A DNA stretch of 64,000 nucleotides from Anthoceros angustus. Its lineage: Eukaryota > Plantae > Anthocerotophyta. Location of the stretch: NCBI GenBank assembly GCA_010909165.1, contig MU008198.1:464216-528215 (forward strand), in the 5' to 3' direction. The notes below the pieces were generated by a model. That model was not told the origin of the DNA, searched no databases, and worked only from the letters and a program-made list of their open reading frames with translations. Shown here in pieces: positions 9,617 to 22,200 of the stretch (the first letter of the stretch is position 1; each line of letters starts with the position of its first letter). The position numbers and the translations under genes are program-made.

Positions 9617-11721
9617 ATGAGAGTCCTCTCTGCAAGTAGCCCTCTGTTTCTGTTTCTGGATGTCTTCACCCCACTTACCTTGGAAGTTTGTGTTGATTTG
9701 GGTCTCATCAGGAGATGTCTGTCACACTTGCATATGGATTTGTTTGGGCTTTGCAAGGAACAGCGGTTGGGACCCACCATGGCACCCCTACCACCTGGGT
9801 CCGGCAACGCCAAAGCACAGCATGCCAAGCGAGAAGGTTGAAGGCATGGCTCACCATGCCATGGAAGTTGCGGGCCCCGCCTCTGTCTGAACCTTGAATT
9901 CAGCCAAATAGATGACCCCAATTCAAGCTCCTGGACCACAGCTGACCAGGCCAACCTCTATAGAGTGTCACAGAAGATACTCGCAAAAACGTCCTAGCAG
10001 AGAAGAAGGCCTTCAGCAACCATTAGCAACCATGGCAGTAGTAGTAGTGCAGCTGAGGATGCGCAAAACTGGTATGTTGTTCCTCGCCCTCATGCCCATT
10101 GTGTGTGTGATGCCCATTCCAACCAACTCGTCTGCGCTTGCGGATGGGCTCACCTTCTTCATCGCAGACAGTCTGGGCCCCAGCCCATGGCAGGGACAGG
10201 GCGAGGGATTGGGGCTCCTCAAGTTCAACAGAATCACAGGAGAGCCAAAGGATCCTGCAACACGCAACCTTCTGGCCTTAGGGATCGACACCTTCCCGAG
10301 GAAGGCTAACGCATCTTTCGACGCTCCTTATGCACCTCACGTGGGACTCGATCTCAACAGCCTCCAGTCTGCCAATGTGTCGTCCAACTCGTCCAGGGCG
10401 TCGGAAATCCGTATCGGCAGCAGCTTTGGAGTGTGGATCGAGTACTCTGATCCCCTGCCAGAGATCAGCGTCAGCATTTCAGTGACTGCCTATCCAGTCC
10501 CGCCCACAAATGACGATGCAGAGCTGGTCCTGACCTACTCCAACTTCGACCTGGATGCCTGGGTCCAAGAAAGCGCCTACGTGGGTTTCTCGGCCTCAGC
10601 AGGCCTCGCTGGTGAAAGCAACATCGTAGAACAGAAGTATTTGTTCTTGGTGTTGGACTACCTGCTCTGCTAGTGTTTCTGACTTGGGCATTCAGGATTT
10701 GCTTTCGACCGGAGAGGAACAAAGAGGAACCGCTTTCAAGACATAAGATGGTGAGCTAGGCATATGTCTGTGCAGGTGACCACAATCGGGGCCCTAAGGC
10801 ACAAAAACCTGGTTTCATTGAAAGATGGTGCTATGAGCGCGACGAGTTACTAGTCGTGTACCAGTACATGCCGAAAGGCAGCCTGGCGGACCACCTCTAT
10901 CCCCGACCCGCTGCGGGTGCTGCAGTAGGGCTGGACTGGCGGACTAGGTACAGCGTCATACGGGGTGTGGCAGATGCTCTTGGGTACCTGCATGGAGGCT
11001 GGGATGAGTCAGAGGTGCACAGGGATATCAAGCCTAGTAACGTGATGCTGGATGCCAACTTTGTTCCTAAACTTGGTGACTTTGGGCTTTTTGTGCTGTC
11101 AGTGCAGCAGCAGGTCAGTGTACATGGCTCAGCCAGTGCTTGTGAAGTTACTCTGAGGACTCTTTGCTGTAAAAGCTCACGCCTCACGCCAGATAACGTC
11201 CCTGTTTGTAATTAGGAACACTCGGGTACCTGGCTCCTGAATGCTTAAGCAACCGGAGAGTTAGCCCAATTTCGGATGTCTACAGCTTCGGAGTGATGGT
11301 TCTCGAAATGGTGTGTGGGAGGAAGCCTGTGGACTTGAGCAGACCACAGAACGAGAACATCCTTGTAAATTGGGCATGGAGTCTGTACCTCGCAGAAGAC
11401 AGGTTGATGGAAGCCGTCTGCCCTTCTCTAAGGGAAGACTGCAACGACGACGATGCCGAGATGCTGCTACGCTTGGGCCTTATGTGCACATCCCTTAATT
11501 CCTCGAACAGGCCGAGCATGCGAAAGGTTGCCCACTTCTTAGAAGGCTCTCTAAAAGTGCAGCCTCACCTTCCCCCAGAGTCTCCCCCCACATTTTGCTC
11601 AATCTCCCCCAAGCTCCCCCAGCGTGAAGCTACTTTGATAGCAACAGCGCTGTCAACAGGAGCAATGGAGGCCGGCATTGGTAAGGGCTGGCCTCGGATT
11701 GAGCCCCAGGTAAACAGTTGA
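9617..11721 (+). pseudogene. L-type (legume) lectin receptor-like kinase, disrupted
   Basis: Lectin motifs ADGLTFFI, LGIDTF, HVGLDLNS, VWIEY, YVGFSAS (10050-10620). TM-like VFVLGVGLPALLVFLTWAF lies in another frame (~10637-10695). Kinase motifs: LRHKNLVSL, frameshift near 10824, VHRDIKPSNVMLD, KLGDFGL, GTLGYLAPE, SDVYSFG, RPSMRKV. Kinase subdomains I-II are absent. Confidence 0.85.
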
Positions 11722-11849
11722 AGCCGAATGGAAGGTCGGAGCAGCCAAAATTGGCCTAGGGTCTTCTAATTTAGACAGCACAAAGTCTCGGCGAAACGCT
11801 GGACTCGCTTTCGGCTTTGTTTCCACTGTAGAGCCAGCTCGTCAGAGCC

Positions 11850-11965
11850 GCTGACAAGGTCGTGTGAGCAACATGGGCAGAATTGTTGAGGAGATGGAGC
11901 GGAAGCTGCGGAATGTGCTGGAACAGGCCTATGTTGGCAAGACGAAGGGGCTGGTCTTATCCGTG
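11850..11965 (+). pseudogene. CPB: F-actin capping protein beta subunit, C-terminal exon fragment
   Basis: SNMGRIVEEMERKLRNVLEQAYVGKTK resembles the conserved CPB segment N(M/I)GRM(I/V)E(E/D)ME.KLRNSL.QVYFGKTK; no other exons seen. Confidence 0.75.
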
Positions 11966-12149
11966 CACAGCGACGGAAAGTTAGTGCGATTGTACCTCTG
12001 GCCCAAGTCTTCGCTAGCAGCTCTTCGCATTTACTTGATGAAGAGATGGAATCGTCGAGGAGAACGACGATGACAACATCTTGAAATCATTTCTCCAAGC
12101 ACAGCTACTCTTTGTCTACTAGTGTCAAGGTTTTGTATCGCACCGTGTT

Positions 12150-13620
12150 TTAGGTCATTTGATCAAGTGCTGTGGTTCTGAGGGTTCTGCATAGTGTTCA
12201 GAGGCATCTAAGGCTAGAGTGGTCAACGGATTAAGTAAGACAAAGGCTAATTTCCTCGGAAAGCCTACAAGGTTGCAGCCTGCTCGTGGCCGGGCAACTG
12301 CAAGCCTCAGCTCTTGGATGCAATTGTCGGAAAACAATCCGTTGTATATCAGTCCCTGCTGGCGTTTCAATCACTTGCATCATGTATCGTCGGAGCATAA
12401 TCCTTCTAATGTAGTCTTACTGCTCCTCAGGTCAAGCAGGTGAATTGCTGTCAGGGTGGGATCCACAACAGAATCTAGGGCGACCAAGTTCTGCAAAAGG
12501 CGGAGGAAGCGGTGGTGGTTCAAGTGCTACTGTAGCAAAAAAGCTGTTCCTTCTGTGTGGAACTCCAGGGCCTGGGAAAAGTACTACAGCCGGACTTGTT
12601 TGCAGAGAGCTTTGTTGTCATTCGTCTGATCTACGAGCACTGTGCCAGGAGGTTGTAGGTCAATGCAAGGGATTCCGGAGGAAAGGCAGTCGGTGACTCG
12701 TTTATAAAGAATGAAATGAAAGGCAGCGCAGCTAACTGCATAACGGAATGGTTAGCAGTGATTGCTTAAGCGTCCGCAATGCAGATAGGTAGAGCTGAAA
12801 CGGCAGTTTGCTAAGGACTGCGGGGTGTTCAGCTTCTCTGGTAGCACCATGGTGAAGCTTTGTACTGCTTGCTGACTGTACTTTGTAGGGGACAAAGAGC
12901 CAAGGAAAGCAGCTCTAATCATGGGTGAAGTGGATGGTATGTTTGGAGGTGATCCAGTAGGGATTGCTGATTTGATAGCCAGCATCAAAGTCAGCAATAT
13001 TCCGATCATCTGCGTATGTAATGACCGATACAGCCAAAAACTGAGAACTCCCAGAAAGCCCACTACGCAGCAGGCCATTCTATGTTTGTAGTTATGAACG
13101 ATTGTGATCGTCTGTTTCTCGACATGTCAGCAAGAGCTTATCTTTTCATAATGGTGCTGCACTCGACAACTTCAGTGTTCTTCACATAGTAACTTCATTC
13201 ACTGCAGATGGCAAAAAGGTTTAAGCAAGTTTCACAGGCAGAAGGGCTTCAAGTAGACGAGGTGCTCTGGTGCTCCTCTCGGACAAGCATACAATCTCCT
13301 CATCGTTTGGGCTACACTGTTTTTTCCAGGTACCATGTTTTGACACTGTTACGTATGCCCTGTTTGGAACGTAAGGTTGTGACCTTACACCCTAAATCAG
13401 GACGCTCGTAGTGGTCCTTGTCTGGTCGCCTAATGATCTTTGCAAAGTGTTTGGTAATACTAGGAGAAGTACTTCAACCATCGTCCAAGTGGGGCTTCAA
13501 GGGATGACAATAGGTTATCAAGACTGGACCTGATTCTACAAGCAGCCTCACTAACTGAAGATGGCGACTTGCTTGATGTCCAAACTAGAAGATATCGTCA
13601 GGGGCTCGTTTATGCCAAGT
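12150..13620 (+). pseudogene. RFC1: Replication factor C subunit 1 remnant
   Basis: Walker A LLCGTPGPGKSTTA (~12550); LIMGEVDGMFGGDPVGIADLIASIKVSNIPIICVCNDRYSQKL (~12910-13045, Walker B D>G); RKPTTQQ; MAKRFKQVSQAEGLQVDE (13208); DGDLLDVQTRRYRQ (~13560). Intervening exons are missing or degraded. Confidence 0.85.
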
Positions 13621-14042
13621 ATTAGTCTCTTCTGTTGAATGAATTTCTGTGCACTACTAAAGCAATATTCTCCCACGTGTTTCTGAGGCACAAAACTCGA
13701 AAAAAAGATCTGACAATTCGAAGCTTCCTTGTGCGAGCTTTCCCCACTATCGCGCCGGAGCTTATGGGCAGTTCTTAAAATATCAGTGGTCGGATGTGGG
13801 GCCCATTGGCAAGGAGGTTCTCTATGCTATGGACGAAGGGGCTCCATCCTTACAGTGTGCCTTGTCGGTTCTTGTTCTTTCTGATGTTGCTCATTAGAGG
13901 GTTGAGATCAGATTTGTAGCCAGTGTTTCTTAGGAAGCTCTCCTCCATCGTTTCGCCGCGCTCTGTTACAATTCTATCGCAAATGTTGAGCATCGCGGGA
14001 GCCTGGAGACTGAGGACGGCCCATTCGACTACAGCTTTCAGA

Positions 14043-15736
14043 ATGGGAGAGGCTCGAGTGCAGCTCGCTGCAATATTGTTGCTGGCTTGGCCGCTGATGA
14101 TCCTGGCGGATGTTTCCACGGGCCTCCCTCCTGGCGTGTGCTTCTGGCGCCAAGGCATTCTCCGTGACGGAGAGCTGGGCGGGACCCAGAGTCCCCGGGA
14201 CTGTACCTTCCAGGTGAGTGGGGGCATCGTGTCCCCCAGTCCTCGAAGGTTTTTGAGAAAGCTTTGGGTTGTTTGAACACCAGGTCCGTCACCAGAATTT
14301 TCTCAAGTTGGGTTGTTTGAATACCAGGTCCGTCACCAGGATTTTCTCAAGTTGCTGGGGCCGTCGCCAGTGGTGGAGTTTGAGGTTGCAGCCGATGCAC
14401 ATGAGGGAGCTGTTTACTACCCGGACAAAGGCGAGTTGTACTTTTCCACGACGAGATTGCCAGGCGCACCCATCAAGGTTGTGCTTCTCCTTCGGTAAAG
14501 TCTAGCATTGAGTTGTGCCGCCATGTGGAAGCTCAGAAAGGCACCAAACTTTGAGCGGTGTTGCAGTTGCGGAAGTTTGCTCTCAAGGACAAGAAAGTGA
14601 CGACCGTGGTGGAGGATACCGATATTGCCAACGGCATGGTTTTGGACCACGATGGCAATCTACTGGTCTGTGAGATGGGGCGGATGAATGTTCCTGGATA
14701 CATCGAGAAGATCAATCTCACCTCTCTGCAGTCAACCACTGTTGCTGACAATTGGTTCAACATACCATTCAACAGTCCTAACGACGCTGTCGTGAAGAGC
14801 GACAAATCTATTTGGTTCACCGACCCTGACTACGGGAGGTAATCTGGCCACTTATGTTGTTGCAGACTGGAGCATTTCCTCAGTCCACGCAAACCTAATT
14901 TTCCGCCATGGATATGTACTGGCAGCGCCCAAGGATATGCAGGGGCCCCAAGAGTGAACAACCAGGTGTACAGAATTGACCCCGATGGGACAGTGGATGT
15001 GGTGGCCGATGGGTTCTCCAAGCCAAACGGATTGGCCTTCTCCGAGGATGAGAAACTCCTCTACGTGGCTGACTCGGGCTATTTAACAGGGTGTGCTCAG
15101 CTCCCAGAGCTCTGATGACCTACGTACCTGAGTCCTCCAGCACTTTGAAGATGTCATCTTGACCCTCATCTTGATCTCACTCCATGGCAGCACATGCACT
15201 GACTAAGAATTTTCGTGTTCCAGGCTACAAACGTTTGATATTCGAGGACCTCACTCTGTGACTGTCTTCGATGTCTGTGGCCGCACTCTAGCGAACAGGC
15301 GCTTTTTCACCTCGGTTGCTCGCTACGATGGTGCTGCCCTTGGAATCCCGGACGGTGTCAAGGTGGACACTCGGGGGAATGTGTACATAGCCACCTTTGA
15401 CGGTATCCAAGGTCTGTCGCAGATATTGCTGTGCTTCCAAGGTTGTCTCAGCCGTTCCCAAGCTGGGGAGTTGATATGCTAACGTCATGTGCTATGGGCG
15501 CAGTGTTCGACAAAGAAGCACAAGCATTGGGACGAATCGTTGTGCCTGGAGCAGTGAATATGGGCTTTGGGGGCCCCAAGCTCGACACCCTCTACATCCT
15601 TAATGAAACGGCTATCCTCTCTGTCCAGCTGAAGGCCACCGGAGCGGGCCTAGCGTACGCTGCTAAGTATCACAATTTGCCGGTTCACGAGTTAGATGAT
15701 TCGGGTGGCATGGCCAGAATGTGCAAAATGTATTGA
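14043..15736 (+). CDS. SMP-30/gluconolactonase/LRE-family six-bladed beta-propeller lactonase with signal peptide; 6 exons, 392 aa
   Basis: Exons 14043-14213, 14328-14477, 14567-14838, 14926-15090, 15224-15411 and 15504-15736 are GT-AG and total 1179 nt in frame. Metal-ligand motifs AHEG, NSPND, WFTDPDYG, KPNGLAFS, LYVADS, IPDGVKVD.GNVYIA. Hydrophobic N-terminus LAAILLLAWPLMILA. Confidence 0.93.
14264..14355 (+). repeat. 44-bp tandem duplication spanning the exon-2 splice acceptor
   Basis: TTGGGTTGTTTGAAYACCAG|GTCCGTCACCAGRATTTTCTCAAG occurs twice; the AGs end at 14283 and 14327. Confidence 0.95.
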
Positions 15737-17488
15737 TCGAATTCTACTGGCCTGGAAGCAAATGCGGAACACGATACGTATTTAGGATCGCAGTGGTATC
15801 GCTAGATATACCACCACCCATATGAACTTCCCTAAGTCCTTAAATGGTCAAACAACAAAAAGGACACAGCAGGGGCATCATGTATGAAGCTTCTTCCCCT
15901 TGGTACATAGCACCTAATTGTCGACAGTACACGCTTGCACAAGGCCCACACCTATAGGTGAGTATCAATACTTTGTATTTTATACTTTTATAACTTAAAT
16001 AGTTAAGTACAAAAAATATAAAATTTGATATATATAGTAAATATATTTGCAACTAACAAATAATACATGCCGCATGGAGAAGAAAATAAAAGGGCTTTTA
16101 TTAAAGGAGAAGAGATGGAGTAAGCCCATCTACCTTTCAAAGGCTAACACTAGCTAGGGATCTCAAGGGTCCGTGTAAGCGGAAGCAACTAAGCTCTGAA
16201 TCTAAAATCTATGGCTCCTGCAATATCATGACTAAGTAGGTTTTAGAGGATGTGAGCACGCTTTGGTGGCTCGATTCACGATGAAAACGGTGTGCCACAG
16301 GATCACCGGACCAATCGAGGTGTCACCATGATCACCGTTATCATTGTCGTCCTAAGGATGCCTCGTGGCCGCTTGGACAGCAATGGACACATGTTGTGGA
16401 AAGAAAGATGTGAAGTCCAAGAGCTAGGAAGCCCCACACCATGTATGTGACCGTGAAAGGCTTGAGCGCAACACTTGATAAATTTATCAAAGTCCGCAGC
16501 CAATGTGCCATACATTTGGAAAGCGAGCAAAATGAAGAGCTGGTGCACTTCATGTTGTCACACTTAGTTTCACAGAGACTTGATCACCACGGACGAGGTA
16601 CATGATGAGATGAGCCCTAATTGACCTTGCTTGACAGCATGGAGAAGCACACGGCCACTTACGTCTCATGTGAAAAAAAATATGGCGTGTTGCAAATGGC
16701 ATTCCATAGTTCCTCATATTCATCTTCTTGTGGAGTAAGAATGTCTTGAGTGAATGTCTTAAGGACGTCTTCTTCATATTTGTTTTCCTCTTCAATAAAA
16801 ATATCTTTCTCATATTCATTTTCTTGCTCTATAAAAATATCTAAGTTCTCCTCATATTGGTTTACTTCTTCTAAGAGAAATTCTTCGTTCTCATATTCAT
16901 TTTCTTCATAAAAATGTACCTAGGTGAAGATGCGTAGAAATGTCCTCGGCATATTGGTTTACCTCTTGAGTAGAAATGTCCTCCTCATATTCGTCTTGAG
17001 TAAAATGTATTGCTCATATTCGTGTTCTTCACTAAAAATATGCTTGTCGTTATAATCGATTTCTTCTTCATTTTCCTTGTAGTCGTTTCTTCTTCATCTT
17101 CTTTATATTCTTTTCTTCATCATTTTCCTTATAGTTATTCCCTCTTCAGCAAAAATATTTTTGCATAATCTTCTTCCTCTTGATTAGAAATATTCCCTCA
17201 TCATCATCTTCATCCTCACCAAGAATATCTTCGTCATTAGTGAAGGAGTTGCTACATTCAATTTCTTCATACCTTGGACCACGGACGATTTTTTCATGTC
17301 TTCCACATCAAGATGAATGTCTTGCTCATATTTGCTTTCTTTGTCGGTTGAACTATTATGCTCATACTCATTTTCCTCTTCCTCTTCCTCATTTTCTACA
17401 TAATCTTCTTCTTCTTCTTCTTCATAATCTTCTTCTTCTTCTTCTACATAATCTTCTTCTTCTTCTTCTACATAATCTTCTTCTTCTT

Positions 17489-17561
17489 CAGCACTTTGAA
17501 GATGTCATCTTGACCCTCATCTTGATCTCACTCCATGGCAGCACATGCACTGACTAAGAAT
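17489..17561 (+). repeat. 73-bp exact copy of lactonase intron 4 (15138-15210) replacing array sequence
   Basis: CAGCACTTTGAAGATGTCATC...CACTGACTAAGAAT is identical at both places and absent from the other array copies. Confidence 0.9.
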
Positions 17562-18845
17562 GTCTTCGTCAACAAGGAAGTCGCCACACTCAATTCCAAG
17601 ATGTTTTGGAAGTATGGCACTAATTTTGTTGCTCCACAAGGGATCTAGTTTGAAAATATAGCGACATTTTGAAGGACTTCCCAATATATAGTGCTGTTAC
17701 TTTTTAATTGTAGGATTTCTCGTCGTGAAAGGAATCAATTTAAAGTCTACTTGCAATTGCAAAAATTTGTTTCAATGATCCTCTTGACCAAAGTCTGCAT
17801 CTTTTACAGATGACCTAACGCATATCATGGGATAGAAGAGATCTTGTGAGATGATTTTGAGCAATTTTGGCCTTCTCTTTAAATTAGTTGCGTAACAAGT
17901 TCTTGTGACTTGTATCTCCAAGTGATTGGAATTGTTTAAGGTCATCATAACTGTAAAAGATATAACTTGATTCTACGGTTTACGAAGAGGACAAAGAAGC
18001 ACTTTGTCAAACTTTTCAAACAAGCTTTTAAAAGTTTGTGGAACGGAAAAGTTTGGTCACTAAGTTTTGGCAAAACACGAGACAATTTGGGGACCAAGGC
18101 GGAAGGTTACGGTAGGGAAGTTTTTGATGGATGAAGGGAGGATGACTACAATTCTGTAGGAAGTAGGGGATTTGTAGGCGTCCGAGCTAGCGTAATCGAG
18201 TTTGAGAGACGAAGGTAGATAGTAGGTAAGTCGCTCAGAGGACGTCCGTAGGTGGTCGGGACTTGGTTAATTGAGAGAACACAGGATGTCCTAGACTTAG
18301 CCGTTAACGGTAGAAAGGAGGCGAGAGTAGGATATGTTAGAAAACCCATTTGATACGCATATATAGGGGAATTAGGGGTCTATTATGACATCCGAGAAAC
18401 AAAGTTCCTTGGACTTGACTATAAATATCCAAGCGGGTAGGAAGTCCTTGGCCTTTGGGGTTTCGTAGAAAGTTCCTTGTCGAGACCATGGTAGAAAAAG
18501 GATATGAGATAGAGCCATGCATTTCATGAGCCAAGGAGGATAACTTCCTTGGAATTGAGGGAGGGGGGTTCAATTTCTCGAATGTCACGCAGAGGGCTAT
18601 ATATACATGTCGCTTATCATATATAGAAGATGAGATTTGATGATCGGGATCATCGAGGAGGACACGTGGCGCACATCGAGATGGGGCGCAACTAGGGACC
18701 GGATACCAACCGGATTATCACGAGAAGGAAAAGTCGATTCGTGCATAAGGCGACCATATTGTCGAGGAAAGGAATCCTCTATAAGCTAGGACTAGACAAA
18801 GTAGTTCAAGGTGTTTTGGAGGCGAACAAATTGTGGTGGCGGAGG

Positions 18846-19288
18846 CCCTCTACATCCTTAATGAAACGGCTATCCTCTCTGTCCAGCTGAAGGCCACCGG
18901 AGCGGGCCTAGCGTACGCTGCTAAGTATCACAATTTGCCGGTTCACGAGTTAGATGATTCGGGTGGCATGGCCAGAATGTGCAAAATGTATTGATCGAAT
19001 TCTACTGGCCTGGAAGCAAATGCGGAACACGATACGTATTTAGGATCGCAGTGGTATCGCTAGATATACCACCATATGAACTTCCCTAAGTCCTTAAATG
19101 GTCAAACAACAAAAGGACACAGCAGGGCATCATGTATGAAGCTTCTTCCCTTGGTACATAGCACCTAATTGTCGACAGTACACGCTTGCACAAGGCCCAC
19201 ACCTATAGGTGAGTATCGATACTTTGTATTTTTATATTTTATAACTTAAATAGTTAAATACAAAAATATAAAATTTGATATATATAGT
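18846..19288 (+). repeat. Duplicate of lactonase last-exon 3' part, downstream flank and array start (15588-16038)
   Basis: Near-identical sequence entered through shared CCCTCTACAT and left through shared ATATATAGT. Confidence 0.9.
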
Positions 19289-22200
19289 GTGTTACTTTTT
19301 AATTGTAGGACGATTTCGTCGTGAAAGGAATCAATTTAAAGTCTACTTGCAATTGCAAAAATTTGTTTCAATGATCCTCTTGACCAAAGTCTGTGCATCT
19401 TTTACAGATGACCTAACGCATATCTACAGGATAGAAGAGATCTTGTGAGATGATTTTGAGCAATTTTGGCCTTCTCTTTAAATTAGTTGCGAACAAGTTC
19501 TTGTGACTTGTATCTCCAAGTGATTGGAATTGTTTAAGGTCATCATAGCAAAAGATATAACTTGATTCTACGGTTTGCATCAAGAGGACAAAGAAGACTT
19601 TGTCAAACTTTTCAAACAAGCTTTTAAAAGTTTGTGGAACGGAAAAGTTTGGTCACTAAGTTTTGGCAAAACACGAGACAATTTGGGGACCAAGGCAAAG
19701 GTTACGGTAGGGAAGTTTTTGCGATGGATGAAGGGAGGATGACTACAATTCTGTAGGAAGTAGGGGATTTGTAGGCGTCCGAGCTAGCGTAATCGAGTTT
19801 CGAGACGCAGGGTAGATAGTAGGTAAGTCGTTACAGGACGTCCGTAGGTGGTCGGGACTTGGTTAATTGAGAGAACACAGGATGTCCTAGACTTAGCCGC
19901 TAAGGTAGAAAGGAGGCGAGTAGGATATGTTAGAAAACCCATTTGATACGCATATATAGGGGAATTAGGGGTCTATTATGACATCCGAGAAACAAAGTTC
20001 CTTGGACTTGACTATAAATATCCAAGCGGGTAGGAAGTCCTTGGCCTTTGGGGTTTCGTAGAAAGTTCCTTGTCGAGACCATGGTAGAAAAAGGATATGA
20101 GATAGAGCCATGCATTTCATGAGCCAAGGAGGATAACTTCCTTGGAATTGAGGGAGGGGGGTTCAATTTCTCGAATGTCACGCAGAGGGCTATATATACA
20201 TGTCGCTTATCATATATAGAAGATGAGATTTGATGATCGGGATCATCGAGGAGGACACGTGGCGCACATCGAGATGGGGCGCAACTAGGGACCGGATACC
20301 AACCGGATTATCACGAGAAGGAAAAGTCGATTCGTGCATAAGGCACCATATCTCGAGGAAAGGAATCCTCTATAAGCTAGGACTAGACAAAGTAGTTCAA
20401 GGTGTTTTGGAGGCGAACAAATTGCGTGGTGGCGGAGGCCCTCTACATACTAAGGAGGCGGGGGACATTATTCTGCACAAGGATAAGAAGATTTTGAGCA
20501 GGCTTTTGGTGGTCCACTATGCAAAGGGACATGGAAATTTATCAAAGTCCTCACCAATGTGCCATACATTTTGAAAGCAAAATGAAGAGCGGTGCACTTC
20601 ATGTTGTCACACTTAGTTTCACGAGACTTGATCACCACGGACGAGGTACATGATGAGATGAGCCCTAATTGACCTTGCTTGACCGCATGGAGAAGCACAC
20701 CACTTACGTCTCACGTGAAAAAGATATGGCGTGTTGCAAATGGCATTCCATAGTTCCTCATATTCATCTTCTTGTGGAGTAAGAATGTCTTGAGTGAATG
20801 TCTTAAGGACGCCTTCTTCATATTTGTTTTCCTCTTCAATAAAAATATCTTTCTCATATTCATTTTCTTGCTCTATAAAAATATCTAAGTTCTCCTCATA
20901 TTGGTTTACTTCTTCTAAGAGAAATTCTTCGTTCTCATATTCATTTTTTCTTCATAAAAATGTACCTAGATCAAGATGTAGAAATGTCCTCGGCATATTG
21001 GTTTACCTCTTGAGTAGAAATGTCCTCCTCATATTCGTAAAAATGTATTGCTCATATTCACGTGTTCTTCACTAAAAATATGCTTGTCGTTATAATCGAT
21101 TTCTTCTTCATTTTCCTTGTAGTAGTTTCTTCTTCATCTTCTTTATATTCTTTTCTTCATCATTTTCCTTATAGTTATTCCCTCTTCAGCAAAATATTTT
21201 TGCATAATCTTCTTCCTCTTGTTAGAAATATTCCTCATCATCATCTTTATCCTCACCAAGAATATCTTCGTCATTAGTGAAGGAGTTGCTACATTCAATT
21301 TCTTCATACCTTGGACCTGACGATTTTTTCATGTCTTCCACATCAAGATGAATGTCTTGCTCATATTTGCTTTTCGTTGAACTATTATGCTCATACTCAT
21401 TTTCCTCTTCCTCTTCTTCTCATTTTCTACATAATCTTCTTCTTCTTCTACATAATCTTCTTCTTCTTCTTCTTCTACATAATCTTCTTCTTCTTCTTCT
21501 TCTACATAATCTTCTTCTTCTTCTTCATCACTTAGAAAAATTCCCTCATAATTGTCTTTTGTACTAAGAATGTCTTCGTCCAACAAGGAAGTCGCCACAC
21601 TCAATTCCAAGATGTTTTGGAAGTATGGCACTAATTTTGTTGCTCCACAAGGGATCTAGTTTGAAAATATAGCGACATTTTGAAGGACTTCCCAATATAT
21701 AGTGCAAGTTACTTTTTAATTGTAGGATTTCTCGTGAAAGGAATCAATTTAAAGTCTACTTGCAATTGCAAAAATTTGTTTCAATGATCCTCTTGACCAA
21801 AGTGCATCTTTTACAAAGACCTAGCATATATACATAGTGGATAGAAGAGATCTTGTGAGATGATTTTGAGCAATTTTGGCCTTCTCTTTTAAATTAGTTG
21901 AACAAGTTCTTGTGACTTGTATCTCCAAGTGATTGGAATTGTTTAAGGTCATCATAATGTAAAAGATATAACTTGATTCTACGGTTTCTCAAGAGGACAA
22001 AGAAGACTTTGTCAAACTTTTCAAACAAGCTTTTAAAAGTTTGTGGAACGGAAAAGTTTGGTCACTAAGTTTTGGCAAAACACGAGACAATTTGGGGACC
22101 AAGAAGGTTACGGTAGGGAAGTTTTTGCATGGATGAAGGAGGATGACTACAATGTAGGAAGTAGGGGATTTGTAGGCGTCCGAGCCAGCGTAATCGAGTT

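Noticed and set aside
18846-18994. Second lactonase gene
   Set aside because: Only the 3' part of the last exon is present, with no upstream exons; possibly an assembly echo.
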